From contig NC_134472.1 in assembly GCF_964194025.1 (NCBI RefSeq), positions 57,288,001 through 57,352,000 of the forward strand: a DNA stretch of 64,000 bases. The letters run 5' to 3'. The notes under the pieces are model-generated. The model saw only the letters and a list, made by a program, of their open reading frames with translations, did not search any database and was not told where the DNA came from. Positions within the stretch are counted from its first letter, which is position 1; every line of letters starts with the position of its first letter. Origin of the DNA: Convolutriloba macropyga. Taxonomy: Eukaryota. A program made the position numbers and the translations under genes. Shown piece after piece: positions 1-14,749 of this stretch.

Positions 1-99
1 TAGCTAAGCATCTCTATATAAAATTCACATCATTTATCTATTGAAATAAAATTTAATTTTCAAAACGGTTTTATTTTCCTAAAATGGTCTTTCTTCTTG

Positions 100-898
100 G
101 AACAACCAGATTTCACAAAACCAATTTTCGTGATTTTTAACTATTTGCCCTTTTTTTGTAGGTTTTGATTTCTTTTCACAGTATCACAATAATGGGCGTC
201 ATTGGACTTACAAATGTTGTCACCTGCAAAAACTGCAAACGAAGATTTTTATTTTTTAGTGATCAGCTATATATTTAATTGATTGGGGGACATCGTTTTC
301 GTGTATATTTTTTCGTGCAAATTTTTTGTTCTTGCCTGTATTAGTCGTATGACATATCCTGGATAATGAAAGGCCTCAGTCACTCTCTATTGGGTATAAT
401 AGACTCTTCCAATGATTTCATTTGATGCGTAATGTTTCTAATCATTTCGAATTTAGTTCTTTTTTTTGAAAAAAAGCAATGTTTTAGTAAACTTTTGCCG
501 CTTTTGCTCATTTCTAGCCAACTTTTTGCCAAGTCGCATTGAGAAAAAGTCCCATATTGTTTTCCAAAAAAGTACCGGTTAGTCTTCTTTTTATCTGATG
601 CCATTTTGATTTGGTTATTAGTGGTTTTCAAAAAATGGACAAGGAGTTTTGGTTGTAATTAATGTTTGTAACTATTTGATTTTTATTGCCGTCCTTTCTG
701 GTAGCCATATTACAGTAGCCAAAGGTCTCATTGGCCCTCTAGAGTAGATTGTTTTATTCTTTTAGTAGTTTATTGAACGATATGTTGATATGTTATTTTT
801 TTTTATCTCTTTCGCAATTGATAGACAATTAAGTGAAAAATGTAGATGAGCGGGGTCGGAACTTAATGTGCAAACGCACATTACCGAGCCTCCTTGTT
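100..898 (+). mobile_element. Helentron-associated non-autonomous element (HINE/DINE-1-like), family A, 3' portion (copy 1)
   Basis: 3' subterminal motif GGGGTCGGAAC (852-862), hairpin TAATGTGC-aaac-GCACATTA (864-883) and end CCTTGTT, as in the four other copies; upstream sequence resembles their internal body. Left boundary approximate. Confidence 0.7.
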
Positions 899-2436
899 TG
901 GTAAAGACTGAGTAGTTTCTTTTCATTTTGAGCAAAATTGTTCTTGTAAAGGGATCGGTACTTATTATATTTTGAAAAATCCGGTGTCTAAAAAGTAATC
1001 AGTCATTAAAATTTTCAAAAAGATCTCTATAAAAAGTGGTCTTCATTCACTTATTACTGAAAAATCCATCAGCATTAAATGTGATGAATAATTATTTCAG
1101 AGTACTTCTCCATCAGCTGCTTTCAGTCATGTTCCAGCAAAACCTATATTTTTTTATCATAGTAGAGTTTTATGTCTTCACATTGGGTTTTTGACTAGAA
1201 AAAACTCATCTTTTAGATTACTATTTTGCAAAGTCTGAGAAGATGTTTGAAATATTGCATCATATCAAAGTGACATCAAATATTAAGATTCATTGCTTCT
1301 AATTTATTCAATTTCTAGCGAAAATCTAACCAAAAGATCAATTTAATTGTACTTCATTTACCAACCAAAGCCTTGATTATTGATTCAGGGAAAAAAGGAC
1401 AGACAGACAGTTTCTGTTTGTACAGTATAATGAGAAACATCCGTGTTTTGATGAATTTGTCAGATTTTTTAGAGCTAATATAAAAAACAAAGTTTTTCGT
1501 TATCGGAAATTGAATTATCAAATTGCGTGGCGGCAATTTCAACTAGCTTGGAAGATGGGCTAGTCTGACTCTAAAAGAATCAGCGCAGAGTAAATGAACT
1601 AAGTTTACCAAAAACGTGCTCAAATAATTGTGGAATATGTGATAAACATAGTCACATATTCCTCAATCTCAAACTTTCTTTTTCCAAAACATAAAATGTG
1701 GAATATGGTGACAACTTTAAAACCAAGTTTCGCAAAATCAGACGTTTTGTGTAATTTGTGTTAATAGAATTCAAGCAATATTTGGCGGGGCGCTAGTCTG
1801 TAATGATATATCTGTTTTTTTTTCGTTGTAACGCCTATATAGATATTTAATCCAACATTTTACATTAACAAGTTAAACTGAGAAAGAATTTTATTACTGC
1901 GATTTATAAAATCAAATACTTTTAATCTCAATTAAAATAATAATTTGATAACATTGTTGCATTGTTGGAGTCTCATCTGGATATATTAGATCAAATTTAA
2001 ATACTTCCTACTCCATCGTGGCTTTCTTTATCAACCGAATATTCGCCAATACTTCATTTTCCGCTTTGTACGAAACCGGATATTTGGATTATAGGTTTTG
2101 AAAACACTCTTAGATGTCAGCCTGCTCAAAAACTTAGAGAAAAAAGTTCCATTTAAAATGTCAATTTTGTCAATAACATTGCCAGTAATTTTTGATCAAA
2201 TCAATCAATATATCAAGACTTATTTTGACTTTTTTTCACAGTTTCACGTCTTTGATTACTGAAATGAGTTATAGCACACAATTCACAAAACACACTCACC
2301 AGCACTCAAACACATGCACATGAAAACTCCTGCAAACACTCACTTGCACAAACTGTTGAACACAAAACACTCACACACACACACATACATACAAAATCCC
2401 AACAAGCTCTGTCACGAGCTCACGCACCCAAGCATG

Positions 2437-2437
2437 T

Positions 2438-2503
<66 letters not shown>
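2437..2503. repeat. (TA)n microsatellite preceded by a CA-rich tract (~2275-2430)
   Basis: Directly visible. Confidence 0.97.
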
Positions 2504-2505
<2 letters not shown>

Positions 2506-2507
<2 letters not shown>

Positions 2508-5500
2508 TTATGTGGCTTTTAGATCAATTCTATTTTACGTTTACTTGATCAAAGTTTACTTGATTGACAATTTGATGAACAGTTCGTCTTTTTTTCAGTG
2601 TAATTGCGTTTTTATTTTACATTACTTATTTTGTGTCCGAGAAACTCAAAATTTGAGGAAATTAGATGAGCACTAAGACGGGCAATAATTTCCAGACAAT
2701 ACCATTGGTTGGAACAAACAATACATTTCGATAGAATTTTTTAAATTTGCACTAATTCAGTTTTGGTTTAACTTGTGTGATATTTTTTATCAAACAGTTG
2801 CTGTGATTGAATGAGGATTCTATCACACTCTTTTATTGCCACCGTTCATTTAGTTGTCCGTATTGTCATGATTATGATAAACTAATTCCGTAACAGATTT
2901 TGTATTGTTCATTGGGTATTAACGAGTTATTTTGAACGGTAAAATGTGCAACTGCTATTATCACAGCAAGATTTGGTTAAATTTATGCACCTATTGTGAT
3001 TGCAACAAAAAAGTCTATATAAACATTACCACCGGTTTTCAAACGGCTAGGTTTCACCTCGGTTATTGTCAACTTCTTGATGGCGTTAAAAACGTGTATT
3101 AAAATTCTTAGACAGTGATCATCCAACATTAAAAAGTTCTGAGGCAGTCGTAAGACTCTGATTTGGGAATAGACTATGTATTTCTTCCACAATTTTTGGC
3201 ACAACAATGCTATAATAAAAATGGCGAGAAGAGAATAGTGGAATAGGATTATCAACTCCGCAATTTTTCCGTAAACTTTTGTTTCAGCTACAACAGATCA
3301 GTTGCATGCTTCACGTAAAACTTTAGTTGAATAGACAATTTGTATCCGCTAATTTTTCTTCAATATGTATGTAAATTTGTTAAAATCAACAAAAAAGAGT
3401 CGCGGGACAAATTTTAACGGAAAGGAGATTATCGACACTGTTTTAGGTTTTCTTATAATNNNNNNNNNNNNNNNNNNNNNNNNNNNNNNNNNNNNNNNNN
3501 NNNNNNNNNNNNNNNNNNNNNNNNNNNNNNNNNNNNNNNNNNNNNNNNNNNNNNNNNNNNNNNNNNNNNNNNNNNNNNNNNNNNNNNNNNNNNNNNNNNN
3601 NNNNNNNNNNNNNNNNNNNNNNNNNNNNNNNNNNNNNNNNNNNNNNNNNNNNNNNNNNNAAGATGCTCAGCCAATTTACTATTGATATTTTATAATCCAG
3701 TGTACCAAATATCCCATAATTTATGATATTTTATTTTTTAAAAATTGTTGAAATTTTTTTTTGTGTTAATTAGATCAATTTTAGTCAACGTTTACTTGAT
3801 CAATGCTAACTTGATGGACAGTTTAGCCCAGATGATGTCATTTTTGCGTTTTTCAAGCACCTTGCACTTTAACTGAAATCTTGGAGGACATTGTTTGATG
3901 CCAAAGTAGTCAATAAACATATATAATTACACTGGTTTCAGATCCATTTTGTTTGTAACCCAGCCAGTTTCTTTGAATATAATAATCAATATAACAGTTA
4001 ATTAGGATAATTAAATTTAGAAGTGGATAAATATATTAGGAAAGTTTTTTGTCCACTTACTTTGTCCGTGTTAATGTGTGTTAATTTTATAGGTGGACAA
4101 CTATTCGAGAAAAATTTGTTTGAGCCATAATATTTTTACATCCGAATTACCCTCGGAAAGAAATCCACCAAAATAAACAATCAAATTCATCAAATTTTTG
4201 CCATAAAGAGAAAACTGACTCTGCAATTGATATCTTACTATAGTGAGACCCCATGACTGGTACAATTTCATTACAATGCTAAAATAGAGCTAAATTAGAG
4301 CTCTTTTTGATCTTATAATCAGAGATATTCAGTTATGTTTTTATTTAAAAATTTGATGTTACTTTTGGCTCCGGTTGCAATTAGTGGATCACTTTTGAGT
4401 GAAAGACGTTTGTATGCCGCCTGTGAAATGCATGTCTAACACTACATGCAGAATGATTTTGGCGAGAAACTTATGTTTGAAAAAAAGTAGATGAGCTCTA
4501 TGACGGGCAGTAACGTCCAACAAATCCTAAAGGTTGGAACAAAGAAAACATTTTCAAAGAATTTTTTTAAAATTCAATTTTGGTTCAACTAGTGTAATGA
4601 ATTTATCAAACTGTTACCGTCATTAGACAACGATTTTTCTAATCACAAAAACGACACTCCTTTATTGCCACTGTTCATATAGTTGCACATAATTTTCATC
4701 GCCAGCTTGATAAACTTGTAAGATAAGGACGAAACATATTTCGTAGTGTTAATTGGGCATTAACTTGTTATTTCAACGGTGAGTAATGCAACTGCTATTA
4801 TAGCAGCAAGATTTGTTAAAGTTATGCAACTGTTGTAATCGCAACGAGAGCTAATTACAAGAACCATTACTCCCCGGTTTTTGTCGCACAGCCGAAGTTT
4901 TCAAACGGCTAGGTTTCGCTTTGATTTTTTTTCAACTTCTTGATGACGATAAAAACCGTGTGTTAAAATTCATTGTCATTGAACAATGAATTTTACGAAA
5001 TTCTGAAGCAGTCGCAAAACTCTGCCAAAGATTTGGGATTACACTTTTTTTTTACCTCATCGCACTTTTTCCTCCACTGTTGCTACCTCAAAAGTGGCAA
5101 GAAAAGAAGACAGGAACAAGATATTCAAATCAACTCTTCAGTAAACAATTTTTCTAGTCAACTTTGGCTGCAACTACAACATTTCAGTCGCATAACTCAC
5201 GTAATGTTTTGTTGAATAGATTTTTTCGCAAAGTTTTTCTCAACATTTTGCGCAGTTTTATCAAAAAAGACAGAAAAAAAGTTATAGGAAAAATTTTAAG
5301 GTAAAGGAGAGTATAGACACTGTTTTAGATTTCGGTAGAATAAAAAGGTATATCCTAAAGTGTTGATTATACGGAGTTAAATGGCGCAAAAATAGCGATC
5401 AAAGCGTACTTGATGGACAGTTTGATAAAAAGTTTGTCTTTTTTCAGTGTTATTGCGTTTTTATTTTATGTCACTTATTAAGTGTTAGAGGAATTCATAA

Positions 5501-6245
5501 TTTTTTGAAAAATAATAAATCAGCGCTAAGAAAGGCAATAACTTTCAAAACTTCTTATTGGTTGGAGCAAAAAAATATTTTTAAAGAATTTTTAAAACTT
5601 GTACAAATTCAATTTTGGTTTATCTAGGGTGATCATTTTTTTCAAAAAACACTGTGATTAAACAAGGATTCTGTCACACTCTTTTATCGCCACCGTTCAT
5701 TTAGTTTTCCATATTTTCATCGCAAGTATGATTATGATAAACTAATGACGTAACAGATTTTCTATTGCTCATTGGGCATTAACGTGTTATTTCAGCTGTA
5801 AAAAGTGTAATTGCAATTATCGCAGCAAGATTTGGTTAATTTTATGCACCTGTTGTGCGTTAATGTTCATAGTCAGTTATCATTGAATATTAGGAAGTTA
5901 TGAAGCAATGGCAAAACTCTGATTTGGAAATAGAATATGTAATCCTACCACAATTTTCGGTACAACAACGCTATATGAAAAATGGCTAGAAGATTATGGT
6001 GGAATAGGATAATCAAATCAACGATTCTTTCCGTCAAGTTTTGTTGCAACTACAACGATTAGTTGCATGCCTCACGTAAAACTCTAGTTGAATAGGCAAT
6101 TTGTTTCCGATAATTTTTCCTCACCAATCTATGTAATTTGGTTAAGATCGACACAAATGAGTTGCGGGACAAATTTTAACGTAAAGGAGATTATCGACAA
6201 TGTTTTAGGTTTTCTTAGAACATATAGGTATTTCGTCGAAATTTT
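2506..6245 (+). repeat. Cluster of diverged ~0.9-kb non-coding repeat units (~2506-3459, ~4480-5345, ~5395-6245; fragment ~3760-3830)
   Basis: Shared anchors recur in order: AAAGGAGA(T/G)TAT(C/A)GACA(C/A)TGTTTTAG at ~3421, ~5304, ~6183; CACTC(T/C)TTTAT(T/C)GCCAC(C/T)GTTCAT at ~2826, ~4655, ~5676; CAGCAAGATTTG at ~2964, ~4804, ~5823. Confidence 0.85.
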
Positions 6246-7980
6246 CTACAACGTGAGTTATCGCAGAGAGTTTTGGTTAAGATGAGTTAAATTAGAAATA
6301 AACGAAGTTAAGCTGCGTCTTCTTTACTATTTGTGCATTTTATTTTCACTCTAATATTCTGACTTGACATGTTTCATATACAGTTTAGTATATAAGTGAG
6401 GATCGTTTTTGCAAATAGAAAAGAAGGCCGTTTGAATTTTATCTGGTATTAAAATCAAACAATCTGAAGGTAAAAAAAACATTCGGACAATTTTTTTGTA
6501 TCTTCCAATAAAGTAAAAATTTTGTAAAATTTTCTGCTTTTAAAAGTATCAAGCAATATGAAATCCCAACACATTAGCCGAAAACGTGATACATCATCCT
6601 GAGTGTTTGTCCTCACTAATATTTTCAATAAAAACTTCATAAAATTGTTGATAGTTTTATTTTCTGGACAGAAATTGACTCAAAATGATATTAAGAATGT
6701 CAGTCTGGGATGCTTTCAAGAGAAATCGAAAAATGACTCAAGAAAAAAAGGGGCTTACAGATAGTTTGATAGTTTTTACTTTTTCTTAAAATTGCATGAG
6801 CGAAAATTCATAAATCAGTTTACGAATTTTTTTAACGAGAAAAGTTTCTTTCACCCTCTCAGTGAGCGCGCTCGTATTTGAAATCTTGTTCCTTATTTGA
6901 AAGAGGAAATCAAACTTAAAACTTTTCCACCAAATTCGAGAAGAAAATTTAAATTATCTTTGAACTGACAACCTAACTATAAGTAGCTGAGTAAAGTTAT
7001 AAAGAATTTGTAACCCAATAGATTTCAATGAAGCCGTTAAAAAACCTTCATTTTCCGTTCAAATGGTGCAGTTGAAACGAACTACCGGGACAAAATTGGT
7101 GTGTAATTTTAATAATTTAGCGGAGTCACTATTGCCATAAAAGTGTGTACACTTCATTGACTCATAAATCAGTCAGTTTCGTTCCCAAACTTCTATCTGT
7201 TAAAACATGTTTGTCTCAACCTTCACAAAACAACCTTCTCAACTGCTGCTCATAATACACTTTGTTCACGCTTAAGGATCAAATACGCACAAAGAGGTAA
7301 CAAGAACCCTATTTAATTCAAGCTTTAATTTGTTTACATACCCAATGTTCCATTGACTAGACTAGTTGATATTTCGTAACTACACTTGAAACTTTTCCCG
7401 GAAAAGAAACAGGTTTATTCAGACGTCACAAAACATAATCTGATTGAAATTTTGGCTTTAAGGAGAATTAGTTTTCAACAACCAAAATGAGGAAAATCAC
7501 TTAATCCATGAGCTGAGAAAATTTCCCCACGGGTAAAGAGGGGAGATTTACTGTTAGGAAAATGAAATATTGGGCAAATTTACCTCAACTCTGGCAGTAA
7601 ACAAGGTCTGGATTTGGGCTATGTTATGTATTGGTGAGCCCGGAGTTTAAGTAAACAACGATAAAAATGACACTAGAATGTTCGATTAACTTATATCTAA
7701 CCCTTATAATCCCCATTAATTGAGAATTGCTCTCTTTTGAGTTACTGTAAATAGCAGTCACTTCGAATCATGGCTGCTAAAAAATGGTAATAATTTGCTA
7801 TAAAAAGAAGGGCGAGTTCTTTTGTCAACGATAACTCACCCTAGTAATGAGCACATTCAAATCTTGCAAGATTCTTGCAAAATGATTCAAACTTGCCACA
7901 TTTTTTCAAGAATAATTTCAGATATGAATCTTCCTTAAAATATTAAAAGGCCGTTTATAGCTCTGGGAAGTGATTAAACA

Positions 7981-8433
7981 CCCGATTGTTACTTTAAGGC
8001 CGATTTCATTACTCATAGATGTCATGGCCGAATTCAAAATCTTGCAAGAATCTTTCAAGATATTGCATTCCTAAAAAAAATTTAAAGCAGTTTTCTAGCG
8101 TGAAAACTACTGAAAGAGATAAAAACAGATTATAGGACATCTGCGACACCAGAGATAGTACATATGACCCTCAAAAAGTTGACTAATTTGGAAGTCAAAT
8201 CTTGTAAGTGTCTTGCAAGAATCTTGCAAGAATCCTTCAAGATTTGAATTTTCAAAGCTCGATCAAAAAGGTAACTGATCAAAGGAAACAAGATACAAAA
8301 TGTAATTCGAAAGAATAAAAGTAACTTCAGAAACTTGCCAGAGTCTTGCAAGAAAAATGGAAGAACTATGTAATCCCTTGCAATATTTTTTACATGATTT
8401 TTGCAGGATTTTCAATTTCTTTTATCAATCGGG
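7981..8433. mobile_element. MITE-like element with internal TCTTGCAAGA palindromes
   Basis: Termini CCCGATTG (7981) / CAATCGGG (8433), both flanked by CA; many TCTTGCAAGA-type palindromes inside; related fragments at ~7839-7930 and ~41654-41830. Confidence 0.6.
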
Positions 8434-11400
8434 CAGTTTCAACACGCTTATCTTGTAAGAGCTACGCAGAATAAATATTACAAGATATATCAAGATAACA
8501 AACTTAGCAAACATTTGCGAAAAAAAGACATTCTGTTGTCAAATAAAAAGTTTTTGAATCTTTTTACGGTCTGATTAGTGAGTCTCAAAATAACCATGAA
8601 AAAATTATATTTCCATTAATGCTAGCAATATAAAACACTACCATTTACCGCTTCATCCGTTTTTCTTCTCTCAAATATCGAATTATGATGTGCCTGAAGT
8701 TATCTCGACTTATAGAAAATTTTGATTCCAATAACTACTATTTCACATAAAAGGAAGGAAAGAGAACACGTTTAAACATTTTTTTTGGAAAATAGCTTTT
8801 TTGTCAAATGATGGGAAATTAATTTTTACCAAATTTGTGAGCTACATAATAGTTTTTTAGGTATAAGTGTCAATCTAATAGCATCCCATCTACTATTGCC
8901 AACCTATACACTCTCCAGAGGGATTAACTAACGTAATTTTTTTCAATTTACCCAATGTAAAATCAGATTATCAGTATTTGAACTGTGAGCATACCCATAC
9001 CGAAATATAGGTGGACATGATAGAAATTTTTAGTTTGATAAATAGAAAATGTTAGTTGGCTAAGAACGCGGATAAAACAGTATTTTAGTTTTGTATTAGC
9101 GGAAAACGCTAATATGAAATTTGAACGAAGAGCATTACAGATTCTACTGTTGTTCAGAGGGCACCGAAAGACAATTGTTTTTCGTTTATTATCTGTGAAA
9201 TATATTAATGAAAAAACTGTTTTAGTTTGGTTTTGAGAGCTGTGACACTGCTGAGCAGCATTTTGATTTTTAAAATCAACTTTGAAATCAACCATCGTGA
9301 GACAATTTTTTGATAATTTTTTTTGGTCAGAAAATTCTCTAAGCAATTTCTCCTGTAACTAGCAACTCTGCCTGTTCTGACAATTTATTACTGAAAAACA
9401 ATTTAAATGAGGAAAAACGATTCATCGATTTTTGATTCTTAGTTTTTTGAAAATAACACAACCAATTTGTTCCAATTTGGCTAGTCTATGGTTCGAACAA
9501 ATATTTTTAGCCATCCTAGAATTATTATAGCAAATCCGTAAATTTCCTATAGATTTCTGTAATGTGTAAAAACCAAATTGAGTGTTCATTTACTCGAATA
9601 ATGATGAATGAGTGAATGAAATGCTATTGTGACGAGTCTTTGGTGCGCTAGTATTGCAAATTTTTCAGTTTTTTTGTTTTTCTCCGAGTCGAGTACGATA
9701 ATACCATCAATTTTGCTTCATAAACTGTATTTTAAAAAAAAATTATCTGCGTATCTCATCCAATATCTCATGACGCAATTACAAATAATTTAGTCCTTCT
9801 AACTTCAAATTGATAAGAGTTGGAAGAACTCATTCCGCAGCTCTTAAAAACTATCATGAATTTTGAAAAAAAATCGATGCTAGCCAAACTTGTTTTCATG
9901 AACCGTCTTGCATTATCAAACAAGATAAACTTTTGCTATACTATATGACAGTTTTTTTCATTGTACGTCACGGAAACTCACTCTAAAAGTCTAATATTAT
10001 TTTAATTTGCTTTACTTTGCCATTCATCTAACGCACATCTAATTTTCTTGTAACCAGTTTTGTCCCTAAATGAAATTTTTACCAAATGTCATATACTTAA
10101 AATTTGATAAATGAATTCAGATCAATTATTCCTCACCTCGACACAGCCAAGCAATAAAAATATTACGCAGCAAATTGGCAGATTCCCACGCAGTAATTAG
10201 TGTAGCCGATGCGGACGAAAACAGAAGCAAGAACTATTTTTCGGAAAATTTTTGGAAATATTCTGGATTTCAAAAACAATTGTTTGCTTTTCTGAGGTAA
10301 CTGAGGTAATACACAGTATGTGGTAGTATCTTATAGAAAATAATGGACAGGAATTATTTGAATAGATTAAGTATTTTCAAAAATAATAACCGATTCATCT
10401 TGCATGTAAATTGAATAGCCCCAGAAATAGTTAAGAAGGATGGTTTCTTGTTAACTGAGACTACTTTCGCAGTCAGGGGTCTGGAAAAAGTTGTGTGAAC
10501 AGTGTATGCGTCTGAGGGTGTGTGATTAAGGGTGGGGTGAGGTGGGTGGGTGAAATTATTACGGAGTAGCCAGAGGTCATTTGGCGACTGATGAAGATAA
10601 TCAGTACCCGTGAACAAAACAGAGCACCCTAACCCACAGCTCAACCCTCCCCTGGACCGATAACTTTCCCCCTTTTATTCACTTTTTAGATCCCCTAACC
10701 CCCCCCCCCCCCCCCTCTCCGTTTCCCCCTCCTGTGCTCCATTCTCGGCGTGAAACAATACTTAAAAAAGAAGAGAGGATGAGTTGAACAAAGGAAGAAG
10801 TTAGCTGATGATGAGCTGAGAAAGAAGAGGAAAAAGAAAAGATAAATCAGTCACTAAAAGGATAAATCGTTGGCAGATACGTTGACGTCCCGTTGATTAA
10901 GTAAGTATACAATGACTTAAGCAACATTTTTCAAAGAATAATTAGAGCGACGGATAAAAATAGGTTAAAAAGAACAATGACTTGTTAATGCCAACAAGTA
11001 AAAAAGCGTTTCAATGGAGGAGAAACGCTGAACTTTCACCGAAGCGAGAGTGAATTATATATATGTTGATCACATGTTCATAGGCGTATAGCTCTTAAGT
11101 CTCAAGTTTACGACAATCGTTTGAAAAATAGTCCAACCAGTCCAACCACTCACAAATCAGCGTTATTTTATAGTATAGTTCAACCTCATTGCCGCCTAAC
11201 TGGTATTTCTAAGTTTTTGGTATTAAAATGAACAGCAACATCAATTTATCTCCTCCAAAAATCTAATTCAACTCCAAGAAATTAAAATTGCTGGTTATTT
11301 GGGATCTTTTCAAAAGTTGCCTCCCTTTTCGCAAAAGGGGGGCTATTCGTGAAAATAATTTAAGCGAGCGATTTATTAACCAATCAGAGACGACTAATAA

Positions 11401-11657
11401 CTTTCCACGTATGCGAAAACAATGTTATGATGATTAGAACAAAATACCCTATGCTATTTTCATTAGCCGAATTGGAATACAAAGTGAAAAGAAATTCAAC
11501 TGGCGGGTTGGTTGGTGCGCTTTGCGCGCGTCGATCCGATCCGAGATTTCAGGGTTACATCCCACAGCGCTTGAGAGGCATGGCCGTCAACTAAACTATA
11601 GGCCAAGTAATATTGTGGTAAAGCATAGCACAGAAGGGGGATTCTCTACAAGGTACC

Positions 11658-12121
11658 TATTGAATTACAGAAAAGAACTTTGAAAATATCTTAGAGCTCA
11701 GAAACATATCTTATGTTAATAAACTAAGAAAAAAAACGAACTTACCAGATTGGTAACGACAACTACAGCTAAGATTTTAGAAAAAGAATGTGAATCAGTT
11801 TTGAACTGTAGGTTTGTCAGATCTAATATAGATATTTATCTACTAATATTGAATTGTAATTGCAACTTTGTGAACGATCTCAAGTGAACTAAATTTTTCC
11901 ATGTATTTGTGAATTAACACTCGTTCACACGCCTCGAAATTGCCTGATTTTAAATACATTAACCTTTTAACAAATGTAAACTGAAAATAATATATACTTT
12001 TTTCAGTCTACATAAACGACAGATTTTTGTTAAAATCTTCACTCTTCTCCTCTCATTTGAATCTCCTAAAAATACCATCAAGCTTCAATCTCAAACTACC
12101 ATGTATTTAATCCTGCTAACA
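11658..12121 (+). repeat. Copia 5' LTR (TATTG...TAACA) followed by degenerate PBS (TGGTA, 12122)
   Basis: Aligns with 17906-~18050 and 18280-18814; shares the end TCCTGCTAACA; carries deletions near its 3' end relative to the 18280 copy. Confidence 0.88.
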
Positions 12122-14749
12122 TGGTACGGCAATAGAGTTTTTGGTTGAGATAGTTTCGTCGGTGTTTGCAGTTTTTGCTCTTATAGATTGATGGGAGTTT
12201 CATGACCACAGACCTCGTCGAAACACTCAGAGACGCAGTTGAGCTACCTGACAGACCAGCACTGAGGGAAGGTTCCAGTGATGCGCAAACGCAAGAACAC
12301 GACACACAGACTCAAGCTAGAGCTACAGCTGCACAAGAGAATGAGAGCCGCAAAAACCAGATTTGGTGCTACCTCGCGTGACACTACACCAGCCGTCTCA
12401 TGTTCATTGAGCATGACTTTGTAAGCAGCAAGGATTTCTAGGATGGTCAGAAAGCCTGGCAATTTCCGCAGCAACGGTTAGGAAGCGACAAGAAAACCAC
12501 AGTCAGAAGTCTGATGAGGCAGTTGGACAGATTAAAACTTCGAGAGGACAAAGCCATCCACCATTACTTCAACAGAGCGCAACAACTGGTCAACCGCTTG
12601 CATCAAGCTGGCGAGGAGTTTTCTGAGAAGTTGTTTAATGCAATAGTATCGATGATTTTTCAGAACGATACGAGCATGTTGTGGAGCAGGAGAGCTTCAA
12701 TCCTGCATAGAACTTTGTGAAACTTAGGAAGCGTCTCACAGGCTTCGAAGAGAGCCGCAGACAAAAAGATGATGTGGAATAGGATCAGCACGTTGCCGTG
12801 TCACCAATACATGCTTTTCATCAGATTGGTATACACTCATCATTCAAAATACATCCTAGGAGGATTTTTTAGCCTAGTATTTCCAAAAACCCTAGATTGT
12901 ATTTTGTATTTAACCTGGACATTTAACAGCTAATTTTTACAAAAATGACAACTATGTATGTAGTATATGCAAGGCTAAAAGCCATCTAGCAAGTGCAAAT
13001 AAACATCAACAAAAAAGTCCTCAAAAAGTCTTAGCATCTAGTTTAAGCGCTGAAAGCTCATTTGAATTTTCAAAAATTGATTTAGTTGTAGATTCTGACA
13101 GCAATGATCAAAATGATGATGGATAAGAATTGGTTTAAAAATTATCAAAAACTAGAAACCACTGTTTACAATCCAGATGTAGGGAAAACAGAAATTGACG
13201 GAAAAGGAGATGTAGATGTGGAGGCAAGAGACAATAAAGGTGTGCTACATAAATTGACTTCTGGAAAAATCCTGCATGTACCAGAGTACAAAATAATTTT
13301 AATTTCAGTTTCACATTTATTTCACAATCAACACGAACTATTTCACACAAAAGCCAAGTCGTTTCTCAAAACTCAAAAACAAAGGAAACCTGAGACTTAT
13401 AAGAAAAAGCAAATTGTTCTTCTTAACGTACAAAAAAAGGAAGACAAGCACCACCTTTTCGAACTTAAGTAGGGGCACGTGTCAAGCAAAATTTGGCACA
13501 AAAGATTTGGACATTTGGATTTTAGACATGTAGCAAATACACCAGATGAAGTATCAAAAGCTTCAAATTTTTGTTAAATCTCTGCTCTACGAAAAACCTC
13601 GAAAAATCCTGTTCCAAAACTTAGAGATAACAAAGCAACTCCAAAACTAGAAAGAGTTTACTTGGTCGTTATTGGACCAGTGAGTCCATCAAGTATAGGT
13701 GGCAACCGATATGCCATTATTTCATAGGTGAATTCAATGACTACGCAGTAGAAGAATTTAAGAAACAAAATAGCAAGCTTTGCACGCTTTCAAAAAGTCT
13801 GTTGCAAAATATGGCCAACCAATAAATTTGCGAACTGTTAATGGGGCAAAATACAAAAAGGCTGGTAAACACACAATTCCTGAAATACACGAGCCAAGTG
13901 CTCTTGCAGAATATTTTAATAGAACAGTAATAGAGGCTGCCTTCTAATATATTCAAAGTTGCGAAAATACTATTGGGTTTGATTTGTAAACACAGCATTT
14001 TATGCTAGAAATTTAGTTAGAGAAGATAAAACTACACAGTCGGCCTTCAAAGGTTTTTAGGTATAAAACCTAGAAGAGACTATCGAAAAATATTTTGTTT
14101 TGTAGCCCATTCAAATATCGTGTTGCCAGTAAAAGCTCAAAGTTTGAACCAAAAGCAAGGAAGAGCCTGTTCATTGGTTACTCTGATAACACAACAGCTT
14201 ATTTGTTGCAAAACAAAAAAACTAGGCAATTTTTTACTTCTAGAAGCGTTGGGTTCAATAGAAATAATCTACAAGGTTTTTTAAAATGAAATCGAAGATA
14301 TAGAAGACAGCTTTTTATATCTAGATTTAGATGAAGTAAGAGAAGAACTTCAGGATACAAGCAAATCAAGTGAGTTAAACTCAGAATTTGAAACAACTGA
14401 AAAAGAGTGTGTTCAGAAAAGTAAAAACAATACCGAAACCGAAGTTGAGCAGGAAATTAAGAAGAAAGACCAAGTCCAAGCCTCAAACCAACATTCAAAT
14501 TTATTTATAGTTTATTTCTAAAGTCAAATTAAAAAAAAGAAAGAAAGCAATCAAAAATTTCAGTAACTGTCAAAAATTTACAACAGAAAAAACTAAAACC
14601 ACCCTGAAGACCGCAATTGACAGGTTAATTAGATCAAATAGCTATCCCATCAGGAGACCAAAAGACCATACAACTTTGGTCAGAGTACGATGAACTGAAA
14701 ACATTGAGAAAAGAAGCAGCACAAGATAGAGAACGTAAGCAAAGTGATG

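Noticed and set aside
2314-2505. 63-aa ORF
   Set aside because: Translation of CA-rich and (TA)n microsatellite.
11500-11575. GC-rich stretch ending GGGTTACATCCCACAGCGC as tRNA or SINE head
   Set aside because: Only loose T-arm resemblance; no GTTCRA B-box or cloverleaf; better explained as LTR-like flank.
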